Of a stretch of 64,000 nucleotides of DNA, positions 1 to 9,950 are shown piece after piece; position 1 is the stretch's first letter; each line of letters begins with the position of its first letter. Position numbers and translations under genes: made by a program. The stretch covers positions 1,023 to 65,022 of the forward strand of contig CAMBPQ010000011.1 of the NCBI GenBank assembly GCA_945869735.1, read 5' to 3'. Source of the stretch: Planctomicrobium piriforme (lineage in GTDB: Bacteria; Planctomycetota; Planctomycetia; Pirellulales; UBA1268). The notes under the pieces were generated by a model. It ran no database searches and was not told the DNA's origin. It saw only the letters and a program-made list of their open reading frames with translations.

Positions 1-2352
1 CCCCTCCGGCTCGAAGGGCCGGTCGCGGCCGTGGCCCCGCGTGGCAGTGATCCCCGTGAACGACATCCGCCGGTAGGTTCGCTCGACCTTGGGGGGCGGG
101 GCGAGAGTGAGCGACGTGCCGTCAGCGGTGTCCCTGCCGAGTACGCGCTTCAACGTCGTGCGGCCATTGGGCCGGGCCATCGGGTCCGGCAGGGTCATCG
201 TCTCTTCAAGGATCGACGGTTGCACGGGCTTCTTCGTTGACGGCTTGCCTCGCGCGACGAGCAAGGCTAGGTAGTGCTGGGCCCGCGTGGCGGCGACGTA
301 AAGGAGCCGCTTGGCCTCCTCCTTCTCGGCTGCCTCCTTTCGGCTCTTGGCATGGGGCAATGCCTTTTCCTTGCCAAGCACGAAGTCGAGATCGAGCTTC
401 CGCCTACAGTCGTCGTCATAAAAAATGGCAAGCTTCTTTTCGCCGCGGTTATCAGGCGGCTTCCACAGATCGGCGACGATCACGCAGGGAAACTCAAGCC
501 CCTTGGCCGCGTGGATCGTGTAGATCTTGACGGCATCGGCATCGCTCTCCACCCGCCGGGCGACGAGTTCGTGCTTCTTGTCCATGGTCGCCAGCCGGCT
601 GTAAATCTCGATCGCCCGCTCCGCCGTGCAGCCCTTACCCGGGCCGGCTGAGTCCATCAGCTCGATCACGTGCAGGAAATCGGTAACGTTTCGCTCGCCG
701 TGCCGGCCCTGGGCGATCCGCGTCATCACGGTCTCGTCGGCCTCGATCGTGGCCCCCAAGGCCGCGATCCCCTTTTTCACAAGGATCGCCGAGTAGGCCA
801 GGAGCTTGTCCTGAACGTCCTGGAGCTCCCGGCTTGCGTCGTCGGCGAGCGATCCCACCTCGGCGAGCGAGTGGCCGAAAAACTTCGTCGCCGCCGCCCG
901 CCGCACCCGCCCGAGTTCGCTCGGCCGCTCCATCGCGTCGAGGAGCGAGCGGATGTCGAGGGCCATGCTGCTGGCCATCACGCTCGCCGTGCCGCCGGTG
1001 ACCGCCGGAATGCCAGCCCGCCCGAGCGTCTGCTGGATGAGCTGACCAACGCCCCCGGACCGGACGAGCACGCAGATGTCTTTCGGTTCGATGGGCCGGC
1101 CCGGGCTGGCGGGATCGTTCTTTTTGGTGAGCCGAGCGTCAAGCGAAGTGAGCAAGGCATCGTCGAGCAGTTCGATCACCTTCCCGAGCACCGGCTTGGC
1201 AAGGGCGGCCTGGTTGCCAGCGCTGCCAAGATCGAGAAACTCGACGCTGCCGGGCATGTCGCAGATCTGTGAGGTCTTGTGATGCTGTGGTGCGTGAACC
1301 TCGAGGTAACTGATCCCCGCCCCAAACTCCTTGCCCGCGAAGGCCTCATTGAGGCTGTCGAGTACGGGCTGATCCGAGCGGAAGTTGACGGCCAGCGTGC
1401 GGTGGGTGGTCTCGGGCTTCTTCGCATGATCCATAGAGGCCCGCACGTCGGCCCCGCGAAACCCGTAGATCGCCTGCTTGGGGTCGCCCACGCTGATCAG
1501 CCGGCGGCCGTCTTTCCCAGGAAAAAGCCGGTCGAAAAAGGCCCACTGCAACTGGTCGGTGTCTTGAGCTTCGTCCACGATTCCGAGTGTGAAGCGGGCC
1601 TTGAGGGCCTCCAAAAGGTCGCCGCGGGCCTCGTCGCAGACAAGCTCACGGGCGATCCGGAGCAGGTCATTGAAGCTTGGGGCCGCGGTCATCGCCTGCT
1701 GGATTCGCTTGACGCAAGCTGTGAGATGCGGCCGGAACTCCTCGAGCAGTTTCTTGCTGCCGTCATCGAGCGTGGGATCGATCCAGGCTTCGATGTACGG
1801 ATCCTCCCGCAACGCCTTGACGACCTTCCTGACCTTCTCCTCGTCCCAGCGATGGGCGGGAGTGGAATGGTTGACCACGAGGTCGTTGACCGCCTCGGTG
1901 ACGATCCGATCGGTCTCGTCGGTGTCGGAGAGCGAGCCGGCCTCCATGCCCGCCAGCCGGAGCACGCGGCTGCAGACGCCGTGGATTGTCGTGATCGTGG
2001 CCGTGTCGAACTCGACGAGGGCCCGCTCAAGCCGCCGGATGCAGTTGGTGACTTCGGCGTCGCCCTGCTGCTGGAGCCGTGTGACCACCGTGTCGTCGCC
2101 CGGCTCGGTCCTGCGACGGAGCTTGGCAGCCGTCTCGACGAGCCGCTTCCGCACCCGGTCGCGGAGCTCCGCGGCGGCGTTTCGCGTGAACGTCGTGATC
2201 AGGATCTGGCCGATGCGGAGTTTCTCGTCGAGCGCGAGCTCCAGCGTGACGATCGTCGCCACGGAGTACGTCTTACCCGTGCCGGCGCTCGCCTCGACGA
2301 CGAGACCGTGCGGGAAGTCGTCGTTGAAGGGGTCAAGGGGTGTCGGCGGCAT
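1..2352 (-). CDS. recB: RecB-like exodeoxyribonuclease V beta subunit / UvrD-family helicase, N-terminal ~780 aa; C-terminus runs off the window
   Basis: My own translation of the minus strand from the ATG at 2352; this ORF is absent from the track because it has no stop in the window. It reads MPPTPLDPFNDDFPHGLVVEASAGTGKTYSV (Walker A), then TIHGVCSRVL, IVDEAQDT (Walker B), GDPKQAIYGFRGADV, and later IYTIHAAKGLEFPCV and RLLYVAATRA. The open frame continues to position 1. It overlaps the recC stop by 20 nt. Confidence 0.85.
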   Translation of the reverse strand, partial: MPPTPLDPFNDDFPHGLVVEASAGTGKTYSVATIVTLELALDEKLRIGQILITTFTRNAAAELRDRVRKRLVETAAKLRRRTEPGDDTVVTRLQQQGDAEVTNCIRRLERALVEFDTATITTIHGVCSRVLRLAGMEAGSLSDTDETDRIVTEAVNDLVVNHSTPAHRWDEEKVRKVVKALREDPYIEAWIDPTLDDGSKKLLEEFRPHLTACVKRIQQAMTAAPSFNDLLRIARELVCDEARGDLLEALKARFTLGIVDEAQDTDQLQWAFFDRLFPGKDGRRLISVGDPKQAIYGFRGADVRASMDHAKKPETTHRTLAVNFRSDQPVLDSLNEAFAGKEFGAGISYLEVHAPQHHKTSQICDMPGSVEFLDLGSAGNQAALAKPVLGKVIELLDDALLTSLDARLTKKNDPASPGRPIEPKDICVLVRSGGVGQLIQQTLGRAGIPAVTGGTASVMASSMALDIRSLLDAMERPSELGRVRRAAATKFFGHSLAEVGSLADDASRELQDVQDKLLAYSAILVKKGIAALGATIEADETVMTRIAQGRHGERNVTDFLHVIELMDSAGPGKGCTAERAIEIYSRLATMDKKHELVARRVESDADAVKIYTIHAAKGLEFPCVIVADLWKPPDNRGEKKLAIFYDDDCRRKLDLDFVLGKEKALPHAKSRKEAAEKEEAKRLLYVAATRAQHYLALLVARGKPSTKKPVQPSILEETMTLPDPMARPNGRTTLKRVLGRDTADGTSLTLAPPPKVERTYRRMSFTGITATRGHGRDRPFEPEG

Positions 2353-5300
2353 AGACGTAGATTTTTTTGATTTTGTCGTAGGGCACTTTGTTCAGTGCGA
2401 GGAATCGCTGGTAGAAGTGCAGGGTTGATCGCCATTGTTCGGGGTTCGCATCGTCGAACACGTGGCTGAAGTCTGGCTGGCCTCCATAGACGACGGCTTC
2501 ATTGCTCTGTGCGTAGCGGTCACTCGTAGTGGACGTGGTAAACGCCTCCAATGCTGCGGCCATGTCATTCGCGAGGTGCCCTGCGGTTTCATCAAACAGG
2601 CCTCGCGGCTGGTGTGTGGCCTCGTGATAGAGCACCCCGAGTTCGCGGAGCATCTGCGCCGCCATCGTCTGGGTGATCTCGTCGGCGAGTTGAATGACGC
2701 GGAGTTGGACGATCTTCTTGGGCTCGGCTACTTCCCCACTCAGGCTGGGCTTCCACTTTTCATTCTGACTGAGAGTCCAGCCCGTTGCCTGACGCCCTTC
2801 AGCCCGAAGAGCAAGGAGCTGCAGCCCCGCGAGGGCCTTCGCAACCCGAAATCCGTGATCGCCCGTGTCGATTGCATCTGGCCGCACAAGGACGATCGTC
2901 GCGACGTTTTCGGTATCTGGATAGCACCGTTCGATCCTGCCCGTGAGGCTGACGCCATCGAGCGACAGGGCGATGTCTTTTGGGCGTCCCTTATTGAGAG
3001 GAACATCCTCGTCCTCCGCCAACGCGAGCAGCGCCGCCGAGAACTGCGTGATCTCCGCGACCGCGGCCTCGCCGAAGCCGAGGACGGGGACGTCGCCGTT
3101 GGCTGTGACCGACTCTTTCCAGGCGGCTTCGAAGGCTTTGCTGTCACCGGCCGCGAGCAGTTGCTCGATGTAAGGATCCCGCAAATTCCGCTTCTCAAAC
3201 TTTTCCAGCTCCAGTGGCAGCGTGGCGGGCGTTGAGAGGTCGTCTTCTCGCCAAGGATTGATGCCGAGCGTCCTGCGAACGTAGGGCCAGAGCGGGTCGT
3301 GCATAAACTCGGCGAGCGACTTGAGATCAATCACGTCCGGAACGACTTGGGTCGTGACCGGATCGGCTGCAGCCGTCACGGTCTGCCGCTCAGGCTCCTT
3401 GCCGAGCGCCTTTGCCGCGGCCAGGGCGGCGGCATCGTGGCTCCAGGGCTCGGCGGTCTGCAGCACCCCGTTCTCACCGCTCACGAAGTTGCCGCGGCTG
3501 CAGGCATGGCGGGGATGGATGATTTCGATCGCGCTGAAGCGTTCGCCGTCATGCTCGAAGGTCGGCACGCCGTGACGCCCGACAAAGTCGGTGAACTCAG
3601 CCAAGGGTGTCACCAGCGGCCGCGTCTTGTTGTTCTTCACGTCCATGCCGGTGCAGGTTATGACGAGGCGATCGCCAGCGGCGAGCAGGCAGTCAAGCAG
3701 CTCGCGGCGGACCTCCAGGCCGCGGTCCCGGTCGCCCAGCAGCTGCTGGCGATCGGTGAGGTCTTCGCTGTCGCCCTCCCGCGGCGTGACCGCGTCGTCG
3801 TCATAGCCGGCGAGGCAGACCACGCGAAACGGCACGCCCCGCAGCGGGATCAACGACGTGGCCGTGATCACGCCCGTCCGCAGCGGCTGGCGGCCCACCG
3901 GGGCGGTGAGCGTGGCGGCGAGGATCGTCTTCAGATCGTGCCAGGGGACTTTGGTATCGGCCGGCGCCGCACCCTTGGCCGCTGCAGCCGCTTGCCGCAG
4001 CGTGTTGAGTTCCCCCAGCGGCACGGCCAGCTCGTCGCTCTCCGCACCGGCCAACTGGCCGAGCGCCTGCTCAAGCAGGTCGCACCACTCTCCTGTTGGC
4101 CGCTCCTTGGCGACAACCTGGTCGAGGTCGTCGATGATCCTGAAGATCGTGATCAGCGGCGCCAGCGACGTGACGTCAGCCGCGGCGACTGCTCGCAGCG
4201 GTACTACGCCGCCGAGCGCGGGCTCGGGGGCACCGTCGGGCATGACCGCGCCCAGGAGCGTCCGCTCGAGGCCCAGCCGCCAGGTGTGCGCGAGGAGATC
4301 GGGCTGGTCGAGGCCGGCCCGGCCGCGGCGGGCGGCGTCGAGACCCCAGCGGATCTTTGTCCGTTCGATGCACCGCTGCCAGATATCGACGTCTTTGTTG
4401 TCCAGGCCGAAGTGGGCGAGCACGAGCGGATGCGCGGCCACCGCCAGCATCGCATCGACCGAGCAGCGGGAGCCGGCCAACTCGATGAGCGCCGCCAGCA
4501 GTTCGGCCCCACGGCTCACCTCACGGATGCCACGGTCGGCCACGAGCAAAGGCAGATGCAGTTCAGCCCGCTTCCCGCTCTCGTCGTTGCCGGTCACATC
4601 GCGGTTGAACACCGCCTCGAGATGCGGAGCAAGCTTCGCGATCTGTGGGCTCAGGATCACAACCTCATGGGGAGCGAGATCGGGGATCTCCCGGAAGGCG
4701 TGGAGGATCGCATCGTGCAGCACCTCCGCCTGCCGGCCGAGGTCGTGGCAGCGATGGATCCGCACCGACTGGTCGTCTTGCTTGAGTGCGGCCTCGCCGG
4801 CGGCGGTATCGGGTAGCTGTCCGGTGGCGACGGTGTATGTGAGCCGGGCGAGCAGGGCTGCTTCGGCCGGTGGCGACGCCTCGATCGTCGCGTTGGCATG
4901 CGCGGGGTGCAGCCCCTGCGAGGCCAGGAGCCACTGGGATTCCTGGGTGCCCCGCAGCCAGGCATCTACGAGCGGATCGACGCCGCTCGCCGGCTGCGGA
5001 TCGCCACGAACCGGCGCAGTGGCCTTGTCTTTGGAAACGGGCGGCGCGTTGCCTGCCCAGACTTCACGGAGTGCAGGCGACGGGTGGACGAGCAGCACCG
5101 TGACGTCGCAGGCGTCTCCCGCCTTCGACGGCATCCCGGCCAGCCGCTCCAGCAGGCCGATCTGGTGCAGTGACAGCCCCTGCATGCCGGCCACAAACAC
5201 GGCTTCGGGGACAGGCCCCGTTGCCTCTTGCTCACGGGCCGGCGGGCTCGGTTCGCCGATCTTCGCCCGCACCTTCTGCCAGAGGTCGAACTGCCAGCGG

Positions 5301-5824
5301 TCGCGAGTCCGAAGGTCTATGTCGAGGCGACTACCCGCGGCGTCGGCTTCAGGGCTCAGCCGAGCCTCGCCCTTCTCCCACTCAAGGATCATCCCGGGGC
5401 GACGGAAGTGGTAGTGGTCGAAGCGGTCAGCGATCCGGCGAGCGGCCAGCAGGGGGCCGCCAGCCCGCTTGACTGCCTGCTCAAACACTTCGTCGTTCGC
5501 GAGTACCTCGAGGATCGTGACCGTCACGTGATCGACGTCCCACGGATCGATCTCGGGCCGTGGGTCATCCGAGAGCAGCGCTGAGATCGTCCCCGGATAC
5601 GAAAAATTGACGTGGGCGACGATCCCGTCGCCCACAGACTCTCCATCGGCCCGCTTGCCCGCGCCCAGCCGCTCCGCGAGCTTGGCCGCCAGCCAGGCTT
5701 TTGCCCCGGCCGTTGGCACAACGATCCGCTGCCGCGTGAAGAGATCGACCGGCCGGGAGAGAAACTCCACGGCCGGATCGATCACCTCCAAGAGCGAGCG
5801 AACACAGCGGATCGAGAGCGGCAT
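2333..5824 (-). CDS. recC: RecC-like exodeoxyribonuclease V gamma subunit
   Basis: 1163-aa ORF. The N-terminus (MPLSIRCVRSLLEVIDPAVEFLSRPVDLFTRQRIVVPTAGAKAWL) is RecC-like. Its size and its position immediately upstream of, and overlapping, recB fit the recC-recB order. Confidence 0.8.
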   Translation of the reverse strand: MPLSIRCVRSLLEVIDPAVEFLSRPVDLFTRQRIVVPTAGAKAWLAAKLAERLGAGKRADGESVGDGIVAHVNFSYPGTISALLSDDPRPEIDPWDVDHVTVTILEVLANDEVFEQAVKRAGGPLLAARRIADRFDHYHFRRPGMILEWEKGEARLSPEADAAGSRLDIDLRTRDRWQFDLWQKVRAKIGEPSPPAREQEATGPVPEAVFVAGMQGLSLHQIGLLERLAGMPSKAGDACDVTVLLVHPSPALREVWAGNAPPVSKDKATAPVRGDPQPASGVDPLVDAWLRGTQESQWLLASQGLHPAHANATIEASPPAEAALLARLTYTVATGQLPDTAAGEAALKQDDQSVRIHRCHDLGRQAEVLHDAILHAFREIPDLAPHEVVILSPQIAKLAPHLEAVFNRDVTGNDESGKRAELHLPLLVADRGIREVSRGAELLAALIELAGSRCSVDAMLAVAAHPLVLAHFGLDNKDVDIWQRCIERTKIRWGLDAARRGRAGLDQPDLLAHTWRLGLERTLLGAVMPDGAPEPALGGVVPLRAVAAADVTSLAPLITIFRIIDDLDQVVAKERPTGEWCDLLEQALGQLAGAESDELAVPLGELNTLRQAAAAAKGAAPADTKVPWHDLKTILAATLTAPVGRQPLRTGVITATSLIPLRGVPFRVVCLAGYDDDAVTPREGDSEDLTDRQQLLGDRDRGLEVRRELLDCLLAAGDRLVITCTGMDVKNNKTRPLVTPLAEFTDFVGRHGVPTFEHDGERFSAIEIIHPRHACSRGNFVSGENGVLQTAEPWSHDAAALAAAKALGKEPERQTVTAAADPVTTQVVPDVIDLKSLAEFMHDPLWPYVRRTLGINPWREDDLSTPATLPLELEKFEKRNLRDPYIEQLLAAGDSKAFEAAWKESVTANGDVPVLGFGEAAVAEITQFSAALLALAEDEDVPLNKGRPKDIALSLDGVSLTGRIERCYPDTENVATIVLVRPDAIDTGDHGFRVAKALAGLQLLALRAEGRQATGWTLSQNEKWKPSLSGEVAEPKKIVQLRVIQLADEITQTMAAQMLRELGVLYHEATHQPRGLFDETAGHLANDMAAALEAFTTSTTSDRYAQSNEAVVYGGQPDFSHVFDDANPEQWRSTLHFYQRFLALNKVPYDKIKKIYVYAADTP

Positions 5825-5848
5825 TTTGGGATCCTAGCGAAAACTTAC

Positions 5849-5998
5849 TCAGGCACGCTCGACGGAGAGCACGGTAACCGTGCCGCCGTACTGGGCAAGC
5901 ACGAGTTGCTTAGCATGGCCGGCGCTGCTCGCCTGCACATGCGTGTAACTGATCCGCCATTGAACCGAAACTTCACGTTGGAGGTCGTCATGGGTCAC
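5849..5998 (-). CDS. Candidate small ORF (49 aa, GTG start), hypothetical
   Basis: Found by hand and below the track's length cutoff. It reads VTHDDLQREVSVQWRISYTHVQASSAGHAKQLVLAQYGGTVTVLSVERA. The composition is protein-like and third positions are GC-biased. The GGAG lies too close to the GTG for a good SD. It sits upstream of recC on the same strand. Confidence 0.2.
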   Translation of the reverse strand: MTHDDLQREVSVQWRISYTHVQASSAGHAKQLVLAQYGGTVTVLSVERA

Positions 5999-6233
5999 CT
6001 CCGACCATGTCTACGCCGACCCCCAGGGGAACGTTGCAGCAACATTCTTTTCCACTCCCACCATGTCGGGTAGTGCGGGGGTTTATGGGAAAATCTAGAG
6101 AGTTTGGCCGATTATGCCTCAGCGCCGCCACCGAGCATGGTCGCCGCGAAGCGCCGGGAGGATCGTTCCGTAGACTAGGCGGGTTCATGGCGCAAGCTGG
6201 CCGCCCGTCGCGATTCCAGGAGCCATCCATTCC

Positions 6234-7364
6234 ATGCCCATTCGCATCGTTCACACGGCCGACAACCACATCGGCCTGCCGTTCCAGCAACACCCCGCCG
6301 ACGTGCGAGACAAGCTCGTCGAGGAGCGGTTCGCGGCCCTTGAGCGGCTCGTCGCGACGGCGAATGATCGGGGGGCCGATTTTTTCGTGGTCGCTGGGGA
6401 TCTCTTCGACTCGCCGCGGGTCACGGTGAAGGACATCAGGCGGACGGCGGCCGTCCTCAAGGGCTTTGCCGGTACAGCGGCCATCGTTGTGCCCGGAAAC
6501 CACGACTTCTGCACCGGCCCGGAAACTGAGGTCTGGAAGCGGTTTCTCCAGGAGATCGAGGGAGCGGGAAACGTCGATCTTCTCACCGATGGCAAGGTGA
6601 AGACGTACGAGGTCGCTGGCCAGGCAGTGCACTTTTTCCCATGCCCGTGCCCCTCGAAGACGGGCCGTGAGCCGACGATCGGCTGGGTGGCCGATGCCGC
6701 CCGGGAGCATCCCGACGGCCTGCGGATCGGGATCGCCCACGGCAACGTGACGGGCCTCAGTCTCGACGCCGAGGGGCAGTACTTCACCATGGAGCCGGCG
6801 GCCCTCGAGTCGGCCGGCATGGCAACCTGGCTGCTCGGCCATGTCCATGTGCCATTTCCGACGACCGAGCAGGGCGAGCGATCTCCCTACTTCATGGCCG
6901 GTATCCACACGCCCAACTCGCTCCGCTGCCACCACGGCGGCTCGGCCTGGTGGATCGAGTGTGACGGCGACCGAGTGGTGCGGTACGAGCGGCTCGCCCC
7001 GGGCCAGATCCGGTTCGTGCGACTGGTGAACGAGGTGTGCTCGGCCGACGACGTCGCCGCGTTGCTGCACGAATGCGAGTCATACGACGCAGCTTCCACG
7101 GTCCTCGACCTGCAGCTCTCGGGGCGGTTGTCGGCGGCGGAGCGCGGCGAGCTCGACGCCGCGATCGAACGGCTACGGCCAGGGTTTCTGACGCTCTCGG
7201 AGGAACGTGACCTCCACGACCGGATCGATGCCGCGCACGTCGCCGCCCGCTACCGCACCGGGGGGCTGGCCCATCGGCTCTTGACCGCGCTGTTGGCTGA
7301 CGAGGAGCATCCCGACGCGGCCACGCTCGCCTACGAGCTGATTGAGGAGGTTGCGCGGCGATGA
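6234..7364 (+). CDS. sbcD: SbcD/Mre11-like metallophosphoesterase (DNA repair exonuclease)
   Basis: MPIRIVHTADNHIG, then FFVVAGDLFD, then VVPGNHDF and GHVH, which are the calcineurin-like phosphoesterase motifs. It overlaps the next ORF by 4 nt. Confidence 0.8.
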   Translation: MPIRIVHTADNHIGLPFQQHPADVRDKLVEERFAALERLVATANDRGADFFVVAGDLFDSPRVTVKDIRRTAAVLKGFAGTAAIVVPGNHDFCTGPETEVWKRFLQEIEGAGNVDLLTDGKVKTYEVAGQAVHFFPCPCPSKTGREPTIGWVADAAREHPDGLRIGIAHGNVTGLSLDAEGQYFTMEPAALESAGMATWLLGHVHVPFPTTEQGERSPYFMAGIHTPNSLRCHHGGSAWWIECDGDRVVRYERLAPGQIRFVRLVNEVCSADDVAALLHECESYDAASTVLDLQLSGRLSAAERGELDAAIERLRPGFLTLSEERDLHDRIDAAHVAARYRTGGLAHRLLTALLADEEHPDAATLAYELIEEVARR

Positions 7365-9784
7365 GGCTCAAGACGATCAAGCTCCACCCCTTCGGGAGAT
7401 TCCCCAACGAGTCATGGGATTTCCACAAGCACCTCGTGGTGATCGACGGCCCCAACGAGCTGGGCAAGACCACGCTGCGGCAGGCGATTTTTCATGCCCT
7501 GTTCACGCCGACAAACCTTACAAAGTCGAAACTCGAGAATCAGAACTCAGTCGGCCGCTGGCTACCGCTGCCGGCGGGCGACCACGCGGCAGTCATGCTC
7601 ACCTTCGACCACGGAGGCAAAACGTGGACGCTCGAGAAGCAATGGGGCGCTGGCGAGTCGAGCTCGCTGAGCGACGGCACGACCTCATTTGCTGATCCGG
7701 AAGTCGTGCAGACGGAACTCGCCGCGATGCTCGCGCACAGCGAGGCGACGTTTCGGCACGTCCTGTTTACTGGTCAGGCTGAGTTGGAAAGCACACTGAA
7801 AGTCATCCAGGAGAACGCGGCCGAGTTACAGGACATTGGCGAGTTGCTACGGGCCGCAGCTGGCGGAGACGCCGACGTGAACGAGCAGCGGCTGCTCAAT
7901 GAGCTCGACGCTCGGATCAAAGCCGCCTTCGGCCGCTGGAATGAGGAACGAGGCAGGCCCGAGTCTCAGAATGGTCAAGAAAAAGGCATCAATAATCGTT
8001 GGATAAAAGGCGTCGGCGGGATCCTCGCGGCGTGGTATTCCTGGCAGCAGCTCATGGCGGAGCACGAGGAGATCCTTGGCACCGAGCGGGAGATCGACCG
8101 ACTGAGCGGTGAGGTGGCGACGATCGAGCAGGCGAATGCCACGGCTGCTGCTTTCGTAGAGCACTTCGGCGGCCTGCGGAACGGCGTGACCGAACGCGGC
8201 GAGCTTGGCGAACGGTTGCGAAGGCTCGAAGGAGAAGAGACTGCGATGGCGGCGGCGTTCGGCAGCTGGCCGCGGGCCGAAGCCGCTATCGACGAGTGGG
8301 AACGCCAGCAGAAAGATCTTCAGCCGCAGCTGATCACGCTCCAGAAAGAACTGGAGAATGCGAAGAGACGGCAGGTCGCTGCAGCCACCCGGCAGGCCTT
8401 CACGGCGGTCGAAGATGCCAAGCGGGCATGGGAGCAGGCGACGGCGGAGCTCGCCAACCATCCGGATCCCGGTAAGGAGCGGCTCGACACGGTCGAGCGA
8501 CTCGAGCGGGTGATCACTGCAGCGGAAAATAAGCTGGCCTCCCGCACACTGGCGTGGCGGATTGAGGCAGAGGAGGCCGGCACGGTTTCGGTCGAGGGAG
8601 GTGTCGAGCCTGCCAGGACCTTGGCCGTGGGACCGGAAACCACGACCGGCACGGCTGAGGCCCGCGTCCGCGTGGTCGCCGGCGGCATCACGCTCACCGT
8701 CGAGAGTGGCGGTGACGACGTGGCCGCGCTCTTCGAGTCGCTGGTCCACGATCGCAAGGCCCTCGCACACGAGCTGGTGGCCTGCGACGCCAAGGTGCCC
8801 AACGACATGCGAATCAAAGCCGAACTGCACCGAGAGGCCGCGAATCAGGCTGACAACCAGAAAGCTTTGTTCGAGGGACGGCTGGCCGGGAAAACTTTCG
8901 AGGAGTGGGCCTCGGAGATCAAGGCGATCGACAACCTGCCGAACGCCAGAGACGTCAACGCGATCGAACAGGCCATCGATGATGTTCACAAAAAGCGTGC
9001 CGACGGCGACGCACGAGCCGCCACGCACAAGCAGTCGATCGAGGATTGGAAAACTACCTACACCGATCATGCAACTGTAGGTGAGAACCTGGTGCAATCG
9101 CGAAGCGTTCTCAAGCAGGTCAGGGAGGAACTCGCCGCACTCCCCAAGCTGCCCGAGGGATTCGATTCGCCAAGGGCGTTCGTCGCGGCGATCGACACGG
9201 CCCAGGCGAGCCAGCTCACGGGCCAGCAGCAACTCACGGTGAAAAAGGCGGAGGCCGCCGCGCTCATGGGCCAGTTGGGAGATCGCCGCAGTGAGGACGT
9301 AGCCGAGAAGGCCGCGGCTGAGAAACGGAAGTTTGAACGAGCGCGGGCCCACGGGCGGGCGTATCTACGGATTCGGCAGGAGTTCGATCGGACCGTGGCG
9401 GCTCGCGAGGAGGATCCGCTTAAGGAGTTTGGCAAACGGGTGTCCGAAATCTTCTCGCAGATCACGGGTGGCGGCGCGGCGCTTGAGTTCGATGGCCAAC
9501 TTCCGGCCACGGTGGTGCGAGGGCCGGTGTCCCTGCGGCCGGAGCGGCTGTCGCATGGCGGCGGCGGCGCGTTGGCCCTGGCCGTGCGGCTGGCGATGGC
9601 AGAAGCCTATCTGGCGCACGGTGGTGGCTTCCTGATGCTCGACGACCCACTGGTTCACTTCGATCCGACGCGGATGGGCATCGCCGTCGACATCTTGCGG
9701 GAGTTTTCCAAGCGCACGCAGGTAATCTTCTTCACCTGCCACGACCACCATGCCGCGCGGCTTCAGAAAGCTGAGCGAAACTGA
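7361..9784 (+). CDS. sbcC: SbcC/Rad50/YhaN-like AAA ATPase with a long coiled coil
   Basis: N-terminal P-loop VVIDGPNELGKTTL, a long E/A/R/L-rich helical middle region, and a C-terminal LSHGGGG signature. Walker B FLMLDDP and an H-loop FFTCHD are also present. Confidence 0.75.
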   Translation: MRLKTIKLHPFGRFPNESWDFHKHLVVIDGPNELGKTTLRQAIFHALFTPTNLTKSKLENQNSVGRWLPLPAGDHAAVMLTFDHGGKTWTLEKQWGAGESSSLSDGTTSFADPEVVQTELAAMLAHSEATFRHVLFTGQAELESTLKVIQENAAELQDIGELLRAAAGGDADVNEQRLLNELDARIKAAFGRWNEERGRPESQNGQEKGINNRWIKGVGGILAAWYSWQQLMAEHEEILGTEREIDRLSGEVATIEQANATAAAFVEHFGGLRNGVTERGELGERLRRLEGEETAMAAAFGSWPRAEAAIDEWERQQKDLQPQLITLQKELENAKRRQVAAATRQAFTAVEDAKRAWEQATAELANHPDPGKERLDTVERLERVITAAENKLASRTLAWRIEAEEAGTVSVEGGVEPARTLAVGPETTTGTAEARVRVVAGGITLTVESGGDDVAALFESLVHDRKALAHELVACDAKVPNDMRIKAELHREAANQADNQKALFEGRLAGKTFEEWASEIKAIDNLPNARDVNAIEQAIDDVHKKRADGDARAATHKQSIEDWKTTYTDHATVGENLVQSRSVLKQVREELAALPKLPEGFDSPRAFVAAIDTAQASQLTGQQQLTVKKAEAAALMGQLGDRRSEDVAEKAAAEKRKFERARAHGRAYLRIRQEFDRTVAAREEDPLKEFGKRVSEIFSQITGGGAALEFDGQLPATVVRGPVSLRPERLSHGGGGALALAVRLAMAEAYLAHGGGFLMLDDPLVHFDPTRMGIAVDILREFSKRTQVIFFTCHDHHAARLQKAERN

Positions 9785-9950
9785 GGTCTTCGTTGGAGGA
9801 GATCCACACGTCTCATGCCGGTGCGTGACCATGACACGTGACGAGAAAAATCCACCGAGCGAAGCCCCCGGTCAACGGCCCCGGCGGGCTGCTTGTGACA
9901 CGACCCACTCCGGCCCGTCGCCGATGAGTAGGTCGGTGAACTCCTTCGCT

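Noticed and set aside
3299-5414. Long + strand ORFs (3299-4816, 505 aa; 3858-5414, 518 aa) opposite recC
   Set aside because: These are Arg/Ala/Gly/Pro-rich low-complexity translations with no motifs. They lie entirely antisense to a well-supported recC frame. Such shadow ORFs are typical of GC-rich DNA.
6234-9784. The SbcD/SbcC-like pair as a phage-defence module (SMC or ABC-ATPase plus nuclease systems)
   Set aside because: The architecture is the ordinary Mre11/Rad50-type pair: a phosphoesterase followed by a coiled-coil ABC ATPase with a 4-nt overlap. It sits beside recBC, and no extra effector or sensor genes are present. I treat it as DNA repair.
9817-9850. Hairpin cacgtctcatg...catgacacgtg after sbcC as an intrinsic terminator
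   Set aside because: It is an 11-bp stem with one mismatch, but no T-tract follows on the + strand. I cannot distinguish it from a chance palindrome.
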